Source: a virus (taxonomy: Duplodnaviria; Heunggongvirae; Uroviricota; Caudoviricetes). Taken from it: a DNA stretch of 64,000 nt. The DNA is taken from positions 1-64,000 of the IMG/VR virus record IMGVR_UViG_3300042876_000208, one strand, 5' to 3'. Below the pieces are notes generated by a model that ran no database searches, had not been told where the DNA came from, and saw nothing but the letters and a program-made list of their open reading frames with translations. This document shows, piece after piece, positions 1 through 9,108 of this stretch. The translations under genes and the position numbers were made by a program. Each line of letters opens with the position of its first letter. Position 1 is the first letter of the stretch.

Positions 1-37
1 AGTGGGGTTTTATATTACTGAAATACTTCTAAATTAT

Positions 38-592
38 TTATTCAGAATCGTCTAGACCATCATCACTATCATCATAAACTTCATAGGACTCAAGAATGTC
101 AGCGAACTCATTAAAAGTAAAATCATCGTGACCTCTGCCAAAGAGTTCTTTAAGAACCTGATATTGTTCATCAGTGAGTTCTTTTATTTTTAGAGAGCGT
201 CTGTAATCCTCATAACCACTATAGGTAAAACCCTCATTAGTGCCAAAGCCTACCTCAATATCTACACTGGAATAACGTGTCTTTTCTTCAACGTATTCAT
301 TCTCCGTCTTGGTAAAAACTTCATACCAATAATAGGATTTCTTTCTGGCTGTTTCCTTATCCTGATGGAAAAGATTCTTCCAATCCTCGGTGATAGAACC
401 AATCATCTGTCGATAGTGTTCCCTGGTCTTTTTATCAAGCTTTGCCTTATGTTCAGCTACAATTTTGTTACACAAATCCTCAGTCTTTGAAAGAAACCTA
501 TCCAAATCCTCCTTGGAAGGGAACACACGGAAACCTTCTACGTCAAATTCATCAGCGTAGTTATCATCAAATATTACTAATTGTGCTGGCAT
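38..592 (-). CDS. hypothetical protein with strongly acidic C-terminus (DDSDDGLDDSE)
   Basis: Uninterrupted 184-aa ORF co-oriented with neighbours; start overlaps stop of next ORF; no recognisable motif. Confidence 0.45.
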   Translation of the reverse strand: MPAQLVIFDDNYADEFDVEGFRVFPSKEDLDRFLSKTEDLCNKIVAEHKAKLDKKTREHYRQMIGSITEDWKNLFHQDKETARKKSYYWYEVFTKTENEYVEEKTRYSSVDIEVGFGTNEGFTYSGYEDYRRSLKIKELTDEQYQVLKELFGRGHDDFTFNEFADILESYEVYDDSDDGLDDSE

Positions 593-880
593 TTAGTTTT
601 CCTTTCGTCTTACTACAATGATAAAACAGTTATGAGTTTCAATACCTTTCCATGCTACACCCGCATAAAACCACTTAACGTTTTTCTGCGAGTCTAAGCA
701 CTTCTTAAAAGCATCATAATTTTCTCGGTCTACAGGCCCTTCATCACCAAACTCATAGGCACTGCTTGGAAAGATACCTAAGACTATATCATCAGGTCTA
801 TAGTCACTCGGCATGATACTAGCCACAGACCGATTGGCTGAGAATACGGACTCGGCAAATTCCGGCTCTACTTCTGGCAT
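593..880 (-). CDS. hypothetical protein
   Basis: 95-aa ORF abutting 38..592 (stop/start adjacent), same strand. Confidence 0.4.
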   Translation of the reverse strand: MPEVEPEFAESVFSANRSVASIMPSDYRPDDIVLGIFPSSAYEFGDEGPVDRENYDAFKKCLDSQKNVKWFYAGVAWKGIETHNCFIIVVRRKEN

Positions 881-1078
881 TTATATCTCCTCTCTAAATC
901 TTGAATGTTAAACCAATGCCGAAACTCATGGTATCAGCACCTAAAGGACTTGAGTCATACGGTTCATCAGTATAATAGTAAATATTAATCTGGCATTGTT
1001 TACCATTATACATTTGAATATAGATGAAAAGCTTTCTCTTATCTCCAAAGGGTATCTCAAGTTTTTTGTTTATGAAGT

Positions 1079-1378
1079 TCATAAATTTTTCCAGTAGAAT
1101 AGTTCCCGAATACGATAGTAAGTTTGTCCAGTAGATACAAAGATTTCTCCGGGAACGCCCTTTTCATAACTAGATGCTGGCCAATACTTTCCGGTCGGAT
1201 TTTCTGGAATTGGAAGGCCAGTGTTTAGATGATTTATCAGAGATTTCTTGTCGTATATACCTACCAATTCCCAATGAGTATTTAGTGGTGGGGTTTCTTC
1301 TATGCCATTTGGGTCTTCAATAAATCTACGAATTTCAAGAACGAATGAAGGGTGTGTCATCTCTTTTAAGCTCCTCAC
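1079..1378 (-). CDS. hypothetical protein
   Basis: 99-aa ORF in minus-strand early-gene array. Confidence 0.35.
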   Translation of the reverse strand: MRSLKEMTHPSFVLEIRRFIEDPNGIEETPPLNTHWELVGIYDKKSLINHLNTGLPIPENPTGKYWPASSYEKGVPGEIFVSTGQTYYRIRELFYWKNL

Positions 1379-1655
1379 TTAATAAATAGTTTGAGGCACA
1401 GGATTTACTACAGAAATCATAACTTTTAGTCATTAGAATTTCATATCTTTCTGCAAAATACTCTTTTCTCTCCTGTGCAAAACGATTGCCCCATTCCTCA
1501 TCGGCTACATCTGTTGGTTTGTAGTACCAACCATGTAGATATGCAGGATAATCCTTAGTAGGATGTTCTGTAAGAACCTTTTTTGTAAATATAAGTGTTA
1601 CCTCAGGTTCGTCAGAACTCTCATCACCACAGTTATGGCATACATAGTTGCACAT
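1335..1655 (-). CDS. hypothetical Cys-rich (CxxC) small protein
   Basis: N-terminus MCNYVCHNCGDE plus later CSKSC suggest a zinc-binding fold. Confidence 0.4.
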   Translation of the reverse strand: MCNYVCHNCGDESSDEPEVTLIFTKKVLTEHPTKDYPAYLHGWYYKPTDVADEEWGNRFAQERKEYFAERYEILMTKSYDFCSKSCASNYLLSEELKRDDTPFIRS

Positions 1656-2110
1656 TACTTATAGTCCTCTAGTTTAAAACTGAATACACCAACAAGGTGG
1701 CTGGTATGCGGATTAATAAACTCATTAAGTTTAGTCCATCCTGTTTTCTCAAGGATATGAGCCTCGGCAGGATTTCCAGATAGGTTTACCGTAGCCAAAA
1801 GTAAACCATATCCAAACTCTTTTGCAAGGGACTTCTTCAATAGCATAAGTTCTTGTGCGATACCCCGCCCACGATACTTTTCTGATACCGAGGTCTTTGT
1901 GGAAACAAGAATTCCACAACAACCAGTTTGTTCTTGAAGTTTAAAATGTGCTATTTCATTGTCGTTGTTATCAAGCAACCAGAACTCAATTCTAAATGGC
2001 CCCTGATTAATCTTAACCTTGAAATTAACTGAACCAACCGAGTGAAACAGTTCTTTAACACCATGAGCAATCGCATCAGCTACTTCTTTGGTATCACATA
2101 TGTAACCCAT
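1655..2110 (-). CDS. GNAT-family N-acetyltransferase
   Basis: 151 aa; RGRGIAQELM followed by hydrophobic stretch and LLLATV resemble GNAT motif A (acetyl-CoA binding Q/RxxGxG/A). Confidence 0.55.
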   Translation of the reverse strand: MGYICDTKEVADAIAHGVKELFHSVGSVNFKVKINQGPFRIEFWLLDNNDNEIAHFKLQEQTGCCGILVSTKTSVSEKYRGRGIAQELMLLKKSLAKEFGYGLLLATVNLSGNPAEAHILEKTGWTKLNEFINPHTSHLVGVFSFKLEDYK

Positions 2111-2435
2111 TTGTTGTCTCCTTTGTTTTCTTGTACTTAGTCATAGCAGTTCTTACAAGTTTTTCAGAAATTTCAATGACAATACTGCAGAATCCAGTCG
2201 GCCATACATCAAGTTTTCCATAGGTGTTCATATGAAGCTCTTGACCTTTGTAAACAAATACAAATTTATCTAGAGGAATTACATCCAGTGCTACTTGAAG
2301 TTTGATATAAGCAAAGATATTCTCAGTAGAGAAATTATATTCAGAGAACCCAAATTCAAGTATACGATTAAAAGTTCCTTCAAGGTTGAAATCATTTACA
2401 GGTTCGCCTTCAGGTGAGTAGATAACTTTAATCAT
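2094..2435 (-). CDS. hypothetical protein
   Basis: 113-aa ORF, overlapping start/stop with neighbours (operon). Confidence 0.4.
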   Translation of the reverse strand: MIKVIYSPEGEPVNDFNLEGTFNRILEFGFSEYNFSTENIFAYIKLQVALDVIPLDKFVFVYKGQELHMNTYGKLDVWPTGFCSIVIEISEKLVRTAMTKYKKTKETTNGLHM

Positions 2436-2848
2436 TTGTCAGACCAAGTCAGAAGTTCTGCAAGTTGTCTATCAGTGTAGTCACAAAAGCCTCGGGGCCA
2501 GTAATCTAAGTAACCACGCTTATCAGGAAATATCACCTTATCCTCAAAATGAAACTCAACCTGTGAGTAAGGCAATAAACCTCTGGCCACAAGAACTCTA
2601 AAGCAATTGACTAATAGTTCTTGTGATACAGTCAAGGTGTATTGCATGGTTTCTCTGTTCCAAGCTTTTACTTTGGATAGGGCGAATTCCTCAGCTAATC
2701 CATCTGCGATATTTGCAGCATTTTTGTTCTTGGGTTCATACTTTACTATGAATTTTCCAAATGGTGGCATATTAACTTCCCTTCTAATAGTGATTACAGT
2801 ATTTATCAATGATATTACTAACAGCCTGAATAAATACATTAACACCAC
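2432..2848 (-). CDS. hypothetical protein
   Basis: 138-aa ORF in the same array. Confidence 0.4.
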   Translation of the reverse strand: MVLMYLFRLLVISLINTVITIRREVNMPPFGKFIVKYEPKNKNAANIADGLAEEFALSKVKAWNRETMQYTLTVSQELLVNCFRVLVARGLLPYSQVEFHFEDKVIFPDKRGYLDYWPRGFCDYTDRQLAELLTWSDK

Positions 2849-2974
2849 AGACTAAATCATTAAGTCTATATGCTAATTGCTTATCGCTTCTGAGATTATC
2901 ATTTCTTATTGAGATAAGTAAAAGTCTAACCTCACGAAGTTTCTTAAGGACTTCAGCAAGCTTATCATAAGATT

Positions 2975-3205
2975 TCATTTAGACCCTCCTTTCAGAATCT
3001 TACGAATAGCAAGTATATCTACAATTACGTAGAAAATACTTCTAAACAAAAACGCAAGTTGTCCAGTGTAGGAAAAATAAATTATTGACAAAATAGACGC
3101 TACAGTAAATATATACATGGAATACAATCTATATTTAATATTTACTGTCCATCCAATCATGGCAATAATATTTATAGTCCACTCGAAAATCACCAGAGCG
3201 TTCAT
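2975..3205 (-). CDS. small integral membrane protein
   Basis: 76 aa with two hydrophobic helices (IIAMIGWTV / IFTVASILSIIYF). Confidence 0.35.
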   Translation of the reverse strand: MNALVIFEWTINIIAMIGWTVNIKYRLYSMYIFTVASILSIIYFSYTGQLAFLFRSIFYVIVDILAIRKILKGGSK

Positions 3206-3366
3206 TAATTCTCCAATTTCTTAAGTTCTTTTTGAATGGCTTCAATAACCTTATTCTTTTTGTTCAACTCCTTCTTCAAGTCATTTATTTCATTTGACTG
3301 AAGAACCATGATAATAAACAGCACTGCAATAGCTATGAGTGCTGATATATTCCACAATCCTGCCAT

Positions 3367-3846
3367 TTAATCCTCCTGGTTAAAAGTCTTGAGAGCAAAG
3401 TAGTTCATATTTGTGGAGTGGGGATTGTACAAATGCTGGATTATAGTATATCCACGAGATACAAAGAATTCCTCAACTGGTTTCACAGTTCCCGTGAACA
3501 TAAGACCACCATATCCAGCTTCTTTAGCAATTTCTTCCGCAAAACCTATAAGATTTTCCCGTAGTTTATACCGCATATCTGACTCATCTCTATCTAGAGA
3601 GATTTGAATTGGTGTTTCTCCGCCATGCACAACAACCACAGAGCAATTGCCGGGGAATTCTGAAATGTGAAAGTTAGAACCACCCGAAGATGCAAATTTG
3701 ATGGACGTTGTAATCGTATCAAACGGCCTAACTGCATCAATAAACGTAAAGTCATATTTATCCAGCATGTTCTTAACAAGGTCAATATACTTGGCCTGTT
3801 CCAAACCAAATCCCCGTACAAGACTAGACAGATAGAATTTTCCCAT
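3367..3846 (-). CDS. hypothetical protein
   Basis: 159-aa ORF preceded by AGGAG-like RBS; no motif recognised. Confidence 0.45.
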   Translation of the reverse strand: MGKFYLSSLVRGFGLEQAKYIDLVKNMLDKYDFTFIDAVRPFDTITTSIKFASSGGSNFHISEFPGNCSVVVVHGGETPIQISLDRDESDMRYKLRENLIGFAEEIAKEAGYGGLMFTGTVKPVEEFFVSRGYTIIQHLYNPHSTNMNYFALKTFNQED

Positions 3847-4122
3847 AGTTATGCTCCTTTTTGAATATAGTACAGAATGGATGAACTTACAATCGTGGAG
3901 TTAATTCTTGGAAATCCTTGTGTTGCTAACTCTCTCCACAAAGCCGTTGAGCAGTCTTTAAAGCTACGGTTTAGCACTAGAATTCCGTTATGACTACTCA
4001 AGTTACACAGACCGGACATCAATACTTCAATCTTATAGTCATACATGGGTTACCTCCAAGAACAAAATTTATGATAGCAAAAAGGGGCAGAAATCTCCGC
4101 CCCTTGTATTACAACCCACGTA

Positions 4123-4407
4123 TTACTTTTTACACTTGCTATAGTACAGTTCCCACAACTCTTTCCGCGCCCTTTTGGAGGGAATTGTGGCAAGCAGTTT
4201 CTCAAACGCCTTGTGACGACCAACTGCTTTTTCAAAGCGGTCTTTGAAATGACAGGTCACGGAATACTTGGCGACCTCGCCGTTCACAGTATTGGTGGTG
4301 ACAAGGGTAGTAGTGCGCTTACCTTCATCATTGGTGTACTGGAAATTAAAGCCTACATTTACATACTCGAACAGATACTTTTCTTTCTTATCACTTTCTT
4401 CAGACAT
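4123..4407 (-). CDS. hypothetical protein
   Basis: 94-aa ORF, start abuts stop of 4407..5045. Confidence 0.4.
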   Translation of the reverse strand: MSEESDKKEKYLFEYVNVGFNFQYTNDEGKRTTTLVTTNTVNGEVAKYSVTCHFKDRFEKAVGRHKAFEKLLATIPSKRARKELWELYYSKCKK

Positions 4408-5045
4408 TAGTTACCTCCTTGTGGTGTTCCATTACGGAACTCAGAATGAAACCGTTCGCGGTAATTACGCCCGTTTGGGTCATACATTTTGTACACAGCT
4501 TCTTGTTCAGATGTTTCCGGCTTGGTGATGGTAGCCCAGTCGTCAAACACTATGCCAAATTCGTCCCAGGCATTGGTGCTAGTACCACCACCTTGTCCAA
4601 CATCTTCTCGCACACGGAACACACGGCGACCCACCGTTGAGCAGAGAGATACATACATTCTATTCTCTTTCATGCACAACTTATAGAGGGACTCCATGAC
4701 TTCACTAAGAGACACGTTCAATCCCACACCCTGGGCAATGCGCCACATATCTAAAGCTGAGCGGCGACGGTTGGATTCTGTTTGAGCTGATGCCCCGAGT
4801 TCATCCCCACTTTTCTTGGTGAAGGTGTTATAGGTACGAGTTAAACACAGAATCTCGTACAGAATATCCTCAAGAGAATTTCCTTCGAGTTTTGAACGTA
4901 ACTTGGTATCCACGCTGGGTGTGAAGTACAACGGCTCTACATCGTGGTTCTCTTCACAGATGTCCAAGAACAATGCAACACGCTTACCCTTATTCAGCAT
5001 CTTAAATCTCCTTCCATTTATCAAAGTCGAGGCCATATTCATCAC
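4407..5045 (-). CDS. hypothetical protein (paralog A of tandem pair)
   Basis: 212 aa; C-terminal region (RRSALDMWR...WDEFGIVFDDW) resembles 5002..5547 (KRSSLDLYR...EYGLDFDKW). Confidence 0.5.
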   Translation of the reverse strand: MMNMASTLINGRRFKMLNKGKRVALFLDICEENHDVEPLYFTPSVDTKLRSKLEGNSLEDILYEILCLTRTYNTFTKKSGDELGASAQTESNRRRSALDMWRIAQGVGLNVSLSEVMESLYKLCMKENRMYVSLCSTVGRRVFRVREDVGQGGGTSTNAWDEFGIVFDDWATITKPETSEQEAVYKMYDPNGRNYRERFHSEFRNGTPQGGN

Positions 5046-5547
5046 GCTCAGGATTGTAGATGGCCGAGCCGCCTGTGTAGTCGTATAACTTTTTCATGTT
5101 TGGCAAAGTCTGACAAACACGCTTGCAAACACCAAAGCAGTACGCCGAGTAGAACTCGTCGGCATGTTCATACAGAGTGTGCATCACATCCCATAGGGTG
5201 AACTCTGGACAATATTTGTAGATGTGACGGTACAAGTCTAGAGAGGAACGCTTTCGCCCTGCGGTGGTTTCAATCCATCCTGTTGGGTCAACACTTGGAT
5301 ACTGCATTGCAAAGTCCAGACATAACTTGATTTTGTCAAGCAAGGTTGGTGCTTCCTTGAGTTGGTTCTCTTTGTCTTCTGGTAAGAGATAGAACGTAAG
5401 AACTGTTTTTGGAAGGAATTTTCCCGACCCATCGATGATACGACACACCTGCTCTGCATAGGTCGTGGTTGGAACTAAACTAACCGTTGGTGTTTCCATT
5501 AGTACCTCCATTCGTAGCGCGTCTGCGGCGAGGTCTAGCCTCACCAA
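5002..5547 (-). CDS. hypothetical protein (paralog B of tandem pair)
   Basis: 181 aa; shares C-terminal block with 4407..5045. Confidence 0.5.
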   Translation of the reverse strand: MVRLDLAADALRMEVLMETPTVSLVPTTTYAEQVCRIIDGSGKFLPKTVLTFYLLPEDKENQLKEAPTLLDKIKLCLDFAMQYPSVDPTGWIETTAGRKRSSLDLYRHIYKYCPEFTLWDVMHTLYEHADEFYSAYCFGVCKRVCQTLPNMKKLYDYTGGSAIYNPERDEYGLDFDKWKEI

Positions 5548-6160
5548 CTTGTGGGGTTGCTGGCATATCTATCGGGGTAGCGGCCTGTTCTATTGGGGCA
5601 TTGACGGGATTAACTCTAGGCACACGCAGAGTAGCCGCCTCAGTACCACGCTGTGCTATAAGTCTATTCAGTTCATTAATAACTTCTGCTCTTGGCTCAT
5701 CATCCAAATTCTCAAGCACTTGAAAATCTATACCCAGCATCTCGTGTGCCATTGCCATCCAACCTGGGCGAGTATCTTCAACAAATCTATTCGGTTGTGG
5801 GATGTTAATACGAGCATTAGCTCTATCAGCCTCATCAATATTGAAGTCATGAGCCACTTCAGTCCAAGTGGGATTTATGGTAGTTCCAACTGTGGTGTAA
5901 GTTGAGCCATATCCACCAGAGACCTTGACCTCTTTTTCAGCGACTTTCTTGGGCTTTGGAACGTATTCGCTGATTTCAACGGTGACCGTGACTTTCAGGT
6001 TAAAGGTATAGCCACAGAATGGACATGTGGTTTTACCATCATAGTTGCTCTGGTTGATGATATACATCTGGGTTTTGCACTTAGCACAAATCACCGTGGG
6101 CGTTTCAGAACCTGACTTTACACTAGACTTTATCAGTAACATTATTCCTCCTTTACCCAA
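5480..6160 (-). CDS. zinc-ribbon protein with Arg-rich/Asn-Gly-rich tail
   Basis: CAKCKTQ...CPFCGY zinc ribbon near N-terminus; C-terminus PRRRRATNGGTNGNTNG; last gene of the ligase operon. Confidence 0.45.
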   Translation of the reverse strand: MGKGGIMLLIKSSVKSGSETPTVICAKCKTQMYIINQSNYDGKTTCPFCGYTFNLKVTVTVEISEYVPKPKKVAEKEVKVSGGYGSTYTTVGTTINPTWTEVAHDFNIDEADRANARINIPQPNRFVEDTRPGWMAMAHEMLGIDFQVLENLDDEPRAEVINELNRLIAQRGTEAATLRVPRVNPVNAPIEQAATPIDMPATPQVGEARPRRRRATNGGTNGNTNG

Positions 6161-6747
6161 TCACAAACGTAGTCAAAGAACTTTTGTCCAGCGGTCATAG
6201 TAGAGAATTCAGGATGGAATTGCGTGGTCAAAATCCTGTTATCCCGACTATAGGCTAGCTCAACAATACGGCTCTCTGGCTCAATAGCAAATGGTTCAAG
6301 ATGCTTAGAAATTTCGTCCGCAGTGTAACCTTGATGGTGCATACTATTCACATTATCAGTATAAATTTGTTGCACTGGAGTTTTCTTTAGCCACACAACC
6401 TCATGGTGGCTTGCATGGCCTGGACGAATGTCTTGAACAAGACCACCACCCAAGAGTGCATTGATAAGCTGGTGACCACGACATACACCCAGCATCTTGA
6501 GTTTCAGCCTTTGAGCATGACGGAATACTTCAAGTTCTACAGCATCCCTTTCCACTTCAATTCCTCTTGCACCATGAAAATCCTGGTTGTATAAGCGAGG
6601 TGAAATGTCTGCCCCGCCCGGAAAGATGACCAAATCCAATCTTGGCAGGATAGCCAAGTTCTTTCCAATTACAACCAGATTAGGAAAGTAAGACTTAAAG
6701 TGAGCAAAGAATGGGACTGTGGCAATCCCTACTTTTAGTTCGTCCAT
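6142..6747 (-). CDS. class-I glutamine amidotransferase / peptidase C26 (gamma-glutamyl hydrolase-like)
   Basis: GVCRGHQ nucleophile-Cys motif, HHQ, and QFHPE His/Glu motif; 201 aa. Confidence 0.7.
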   Translation of the reverse strand: MDELKVGIATVPFFAHFKSYFPNLVVIGKNLAILPRLDLVIFPGGADISPRLYNQDFHGARGIEVERDAVELEVFRHAQRLKLKMLGVCRGHQLINALLGGGLVQDIRPGHASHHEVVWLKKTPVQQIYTDNVNSMHHQGYTADEISKHLEPFAIEPESRIVELAYSRDNRILTTQFHPEFSTMTAGQKFFDYVCDWVKEE

Positions 6748-7668
6748 TTATACCTTGCTTTCAATGTAGGACAGGAGTTCAAGCGCCTTGGTTTGATTGC
6801 ACTGAGCGATGGCATCCGTCATTTCAACCTCAAGTTCTTTGCTGAACTTTTCAATTTTTTCAGGGAAATTGAGCAGGTTTTCAACCGAGAACTTGGCCCA
6901 GCGGAAAATTTCTTTTGGCAGGTCGGGATAGTCCGGGTTCGTCCAAGACGTGGAGGGTGTACGATATTCCACACCAACCAGATTCTTTCCGTTTACCTCA
7001 CCATACTTCTGAGGACGGAATTTACCAATGCGCCCATAGAGATAGGTGCGGAGACGTTCCAGTTCGGGGAATGGGGAATAAGCCGTAGCTGCAAGACCAA
7101 TGCCCATAGCGAACCCACGGATTGCTGTGCGTGGTGCAATCTCAAAGAGCGGGTGACCAGACCAGTGGATATGACCGCCAAAGTAGCGATACGGGTGAAT
7201 GGAGGCATCAATTTCTGGACTGGTATAGGATGTGTCGAAGGCATTTTCGTCCGGGTCACAGCCAAACATGTTAGCCATTTCCATCTCTGGCCCCATACTG
7301 TTCCAACGGTCAAAGTTGTATTTCAAGGTTGGGCGAACGACTGGCCCAATGGTATCGCTCGGGAACTTGGAGAGCATTTCCTTAAGTATCTCAAGACCAT
7401 TGTAAACCCGGCCAAGCAACTGTTCCCAATTTCCATTCGGAGCGGGTGGCACGGTGAATTCAAAGGCTGCACCATCTTCAATGATTTTGAGTTCCGGTGA
7501 CTCAAAGAACAGAGGGTGACGCGGGTGGTCAACAAATTTTATGCCACGAGCCAAGCGGAAGAATGCTGCCGGAATGACTTCCATATCACCGTGCATATCA
7601 ATAGCACCTGCGGCGTATTCTGGGTCACACCCAATGGTCAAATCTGAAAACTTAACATCGAAATTCAT
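6748..7668 (-). CDS. putative carboxylate-amine ligase (GCS2/COG2170-like amidoligase), divergent
   Basis: 306 aa; FGGHIHWSG HxH-G motif echoes the AIHFHVG motif of 13097..14233; directly coupled to GATase-I gene. Confidence 0.35.
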   Translation of the reverse strand: MNFDVKFSDLTIGCDPEYAAGAIDMHGDMEVIPAAFFRLARGIKFVDHPRHPLFFESPELKIIEDGAAFEFTVPPAPNGNWEQLLGRVYNGLEILKEMLSKFPSDTIGPVVRPTLKYNFDRWNSMGPEMEMANMFGCDPDENAFDTSYTSPEIDASIHPYRYFGGHIHWSGHPLFEIAPRTAIRGFAMGIGLAATAYSPFPELERLRTYLYGRIGKFRPQKYGEVNGKNLVGVEYRTPSTSWTNPDYPDLPKEIFRWAKFSVENLLNFPEKIEKFSKELEVEMTDAIAQCNQTKALELLSYIESKV

Positions 7669-7681
7669 ATAGAGCCTCCTT

Positions 7682-8101
7682 CTAAATTGAAATCTTTTTG
7701 TTCAGTAGAATTGAAAGAACAGCATTCTTGCGGCAAGACGGTGGAATAGTCTGGTCGGGTATTTTGAGCCAGCCCTCAAGACATTCCTTTCCAGCCAAGG
7801 GTGTATAGGCGGTGGACACCATATCTTCAATCTTGTGTTGATGACCACACACAAAGCACCCAGCACGAATTTGCTTGAAATCATCCTCAGTGATAAATTC
7901 CTTACCACACTTAGAGCAAAAGAATGTGATAGGATAATCTTCACCGGAATGTAATTCGCCACTCTCTGAGAGTGGTCGTGCCTCTGCCGCGCCGGGAATG
8001 AGAGTCTTTTCCTGAAACGTCCAGGTTAAGACACGCATCACCAAGCGAAAGCCCGAGATTACTGCACCACCACATTCACCTTCGTGGTAGAGTTGGCTCA
8101 T
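7682..8101 (-). CDS. zinc-ribbon protein
   Basis: CSKCGKEF ... CFVCGH pairs of CxxC. Confidence 0.4.
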   Translation of the reverse strand: MSQLYHEGECGGAVISGFRLVMRVLTWTFQEKTLIPGAAEARPLSESGELHSGEDYPITFFCSKCGKEFITEDDFKQIRAGCFVCGHQHKIEDMVSTAYTPLAGKECLEGWLKIPDQTIPPSCRKNAVLSILLNKKISI

Positions 8102-9108
8102 ATTGCACCTCCTTTTGGACTATTTCCTTCGGTAATTAAACTAATTGACAGTTGATTTGTTTCAAAGATATTTTCAAGGCTGTCCCTAAGAACCACAGTT
8201 ATAGCATCATAGACAACTATATGAACCATGCCATTCTGAATGTAAGCTGAAAAGATTGTATCTAACAGAGTATCAAGCTTAATCCTGTAGGTTTTCCTTG
8301 GGTCAAGTTTACTACTTTCCAACTTATCTTCATAAGCCTCTTTGCCTAATGCTGTTATACTCAGTAGGCTTATGGCATAATCCGTCGGTTCAGGCAAGAG
8401 TGGCATTTGCTTTTCTCCTGGGCGAAATTTATCCCGGTTACGTTCAGCATATTCCACAAGGTTAGTAATACAACCTTTACCATACCCACCCTCCACCGTA
8501 GTCCTTAGAGGATTTCCAGTAGGAACTTTCACAAACGAGATGCCGTTGGTTCCTGTGAATTGCTTGAGGTTGTGGTAGTTCACGGTTAATCCAGCAAGCA
8601 GTGCCTTGCCCGTATCGGTGATGCTCTTTGAGTCAGGGACTGGAAAGCATTGGTTAGCTGCAACATTGCAAGCCGTTGCAATCCACCCTTCAAAGTCAAA
8701 AGAGTAGACTTGATTACGCTCAGATAAGAATAGGCTTGGCCCTTTGGTATCAGGGGCGAAAGAGAACATGAAATCCTTCGCGGTAAGTTTTTTCTTTAGC
8801 CTAAAGTCCACAAGGCAGGGAACATCGAGGTCGGCTACAGTATAGAGCCAATCCATATTCTCTGGATATTTGAGAAAACCATCCAAGAGAGTATCATCGG
8901 TTGCCCTGAGAGAGCCAATATTGAGAACGTCAAGAGTACTAGGCTTGGTGACTTCAAGTTGAATTACACATTCAGCGGTTTCGGGATAAAACCTGCCGGG
9001 GAAAATAATTGTTCCCATTTCATCTTCCAACTTGCCAACCATTCTAACCAGACACTTATCGTCATTGCGTTTATCCATGACTCTTCGATTAATTACATAA
9101 TCTGTCAT
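8098..9108 (-). CDS. hypothetical protein (336 aa) inside ligase operon
   Basis: Long uninterrupted ORF, overlapping stop/start with both neighbours; no motif recognised. Confidence 0.45.
   Translation of the reverse strand: MTDYVINRRVMDKRNDDKCLVRMVGKLEDEMGTIIFPGRFYPETAECVIQLEVTKPSTLDVLNIGSLRATDDTLLDGFLKYPENMDWLYTVADLDVPCLVDFRLKKKLTAKDFMFSFAPDTKGPSLFLSERNQVYSFDFEGWIATACNVAANQCFPVPDSKSITDTGKALLAGLTVNYHNLKQFTGTNGISFVKVPTGNPLRTTVEGGYGKGCITNLVEYAERNRDKFRPGEKQMPLLPEPTDYAISLLSITALGKEAYEDKLESSKLDPRKTYRIKLDTLLDTIFSAYIQNGMVHIVVYDAITVVLRDSLENIFETNQLSISLITEGNSPKGGAI

Noticed and set aside
2607-2855. Plus-strand ORFs of 60-235 aa scattered across the window (e.g. 2607..2855, 6793..7500, 11764..12294, 19811..20461, 40162..40692, 54659..55045)
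   Set aside because: All lie antisense within longer, better-supported minus-strand genes. Their low-complexity, Ser/Leu/Arg-rich translations are typical of antisense frames, and none has an RBS, so I treat them as spurious.
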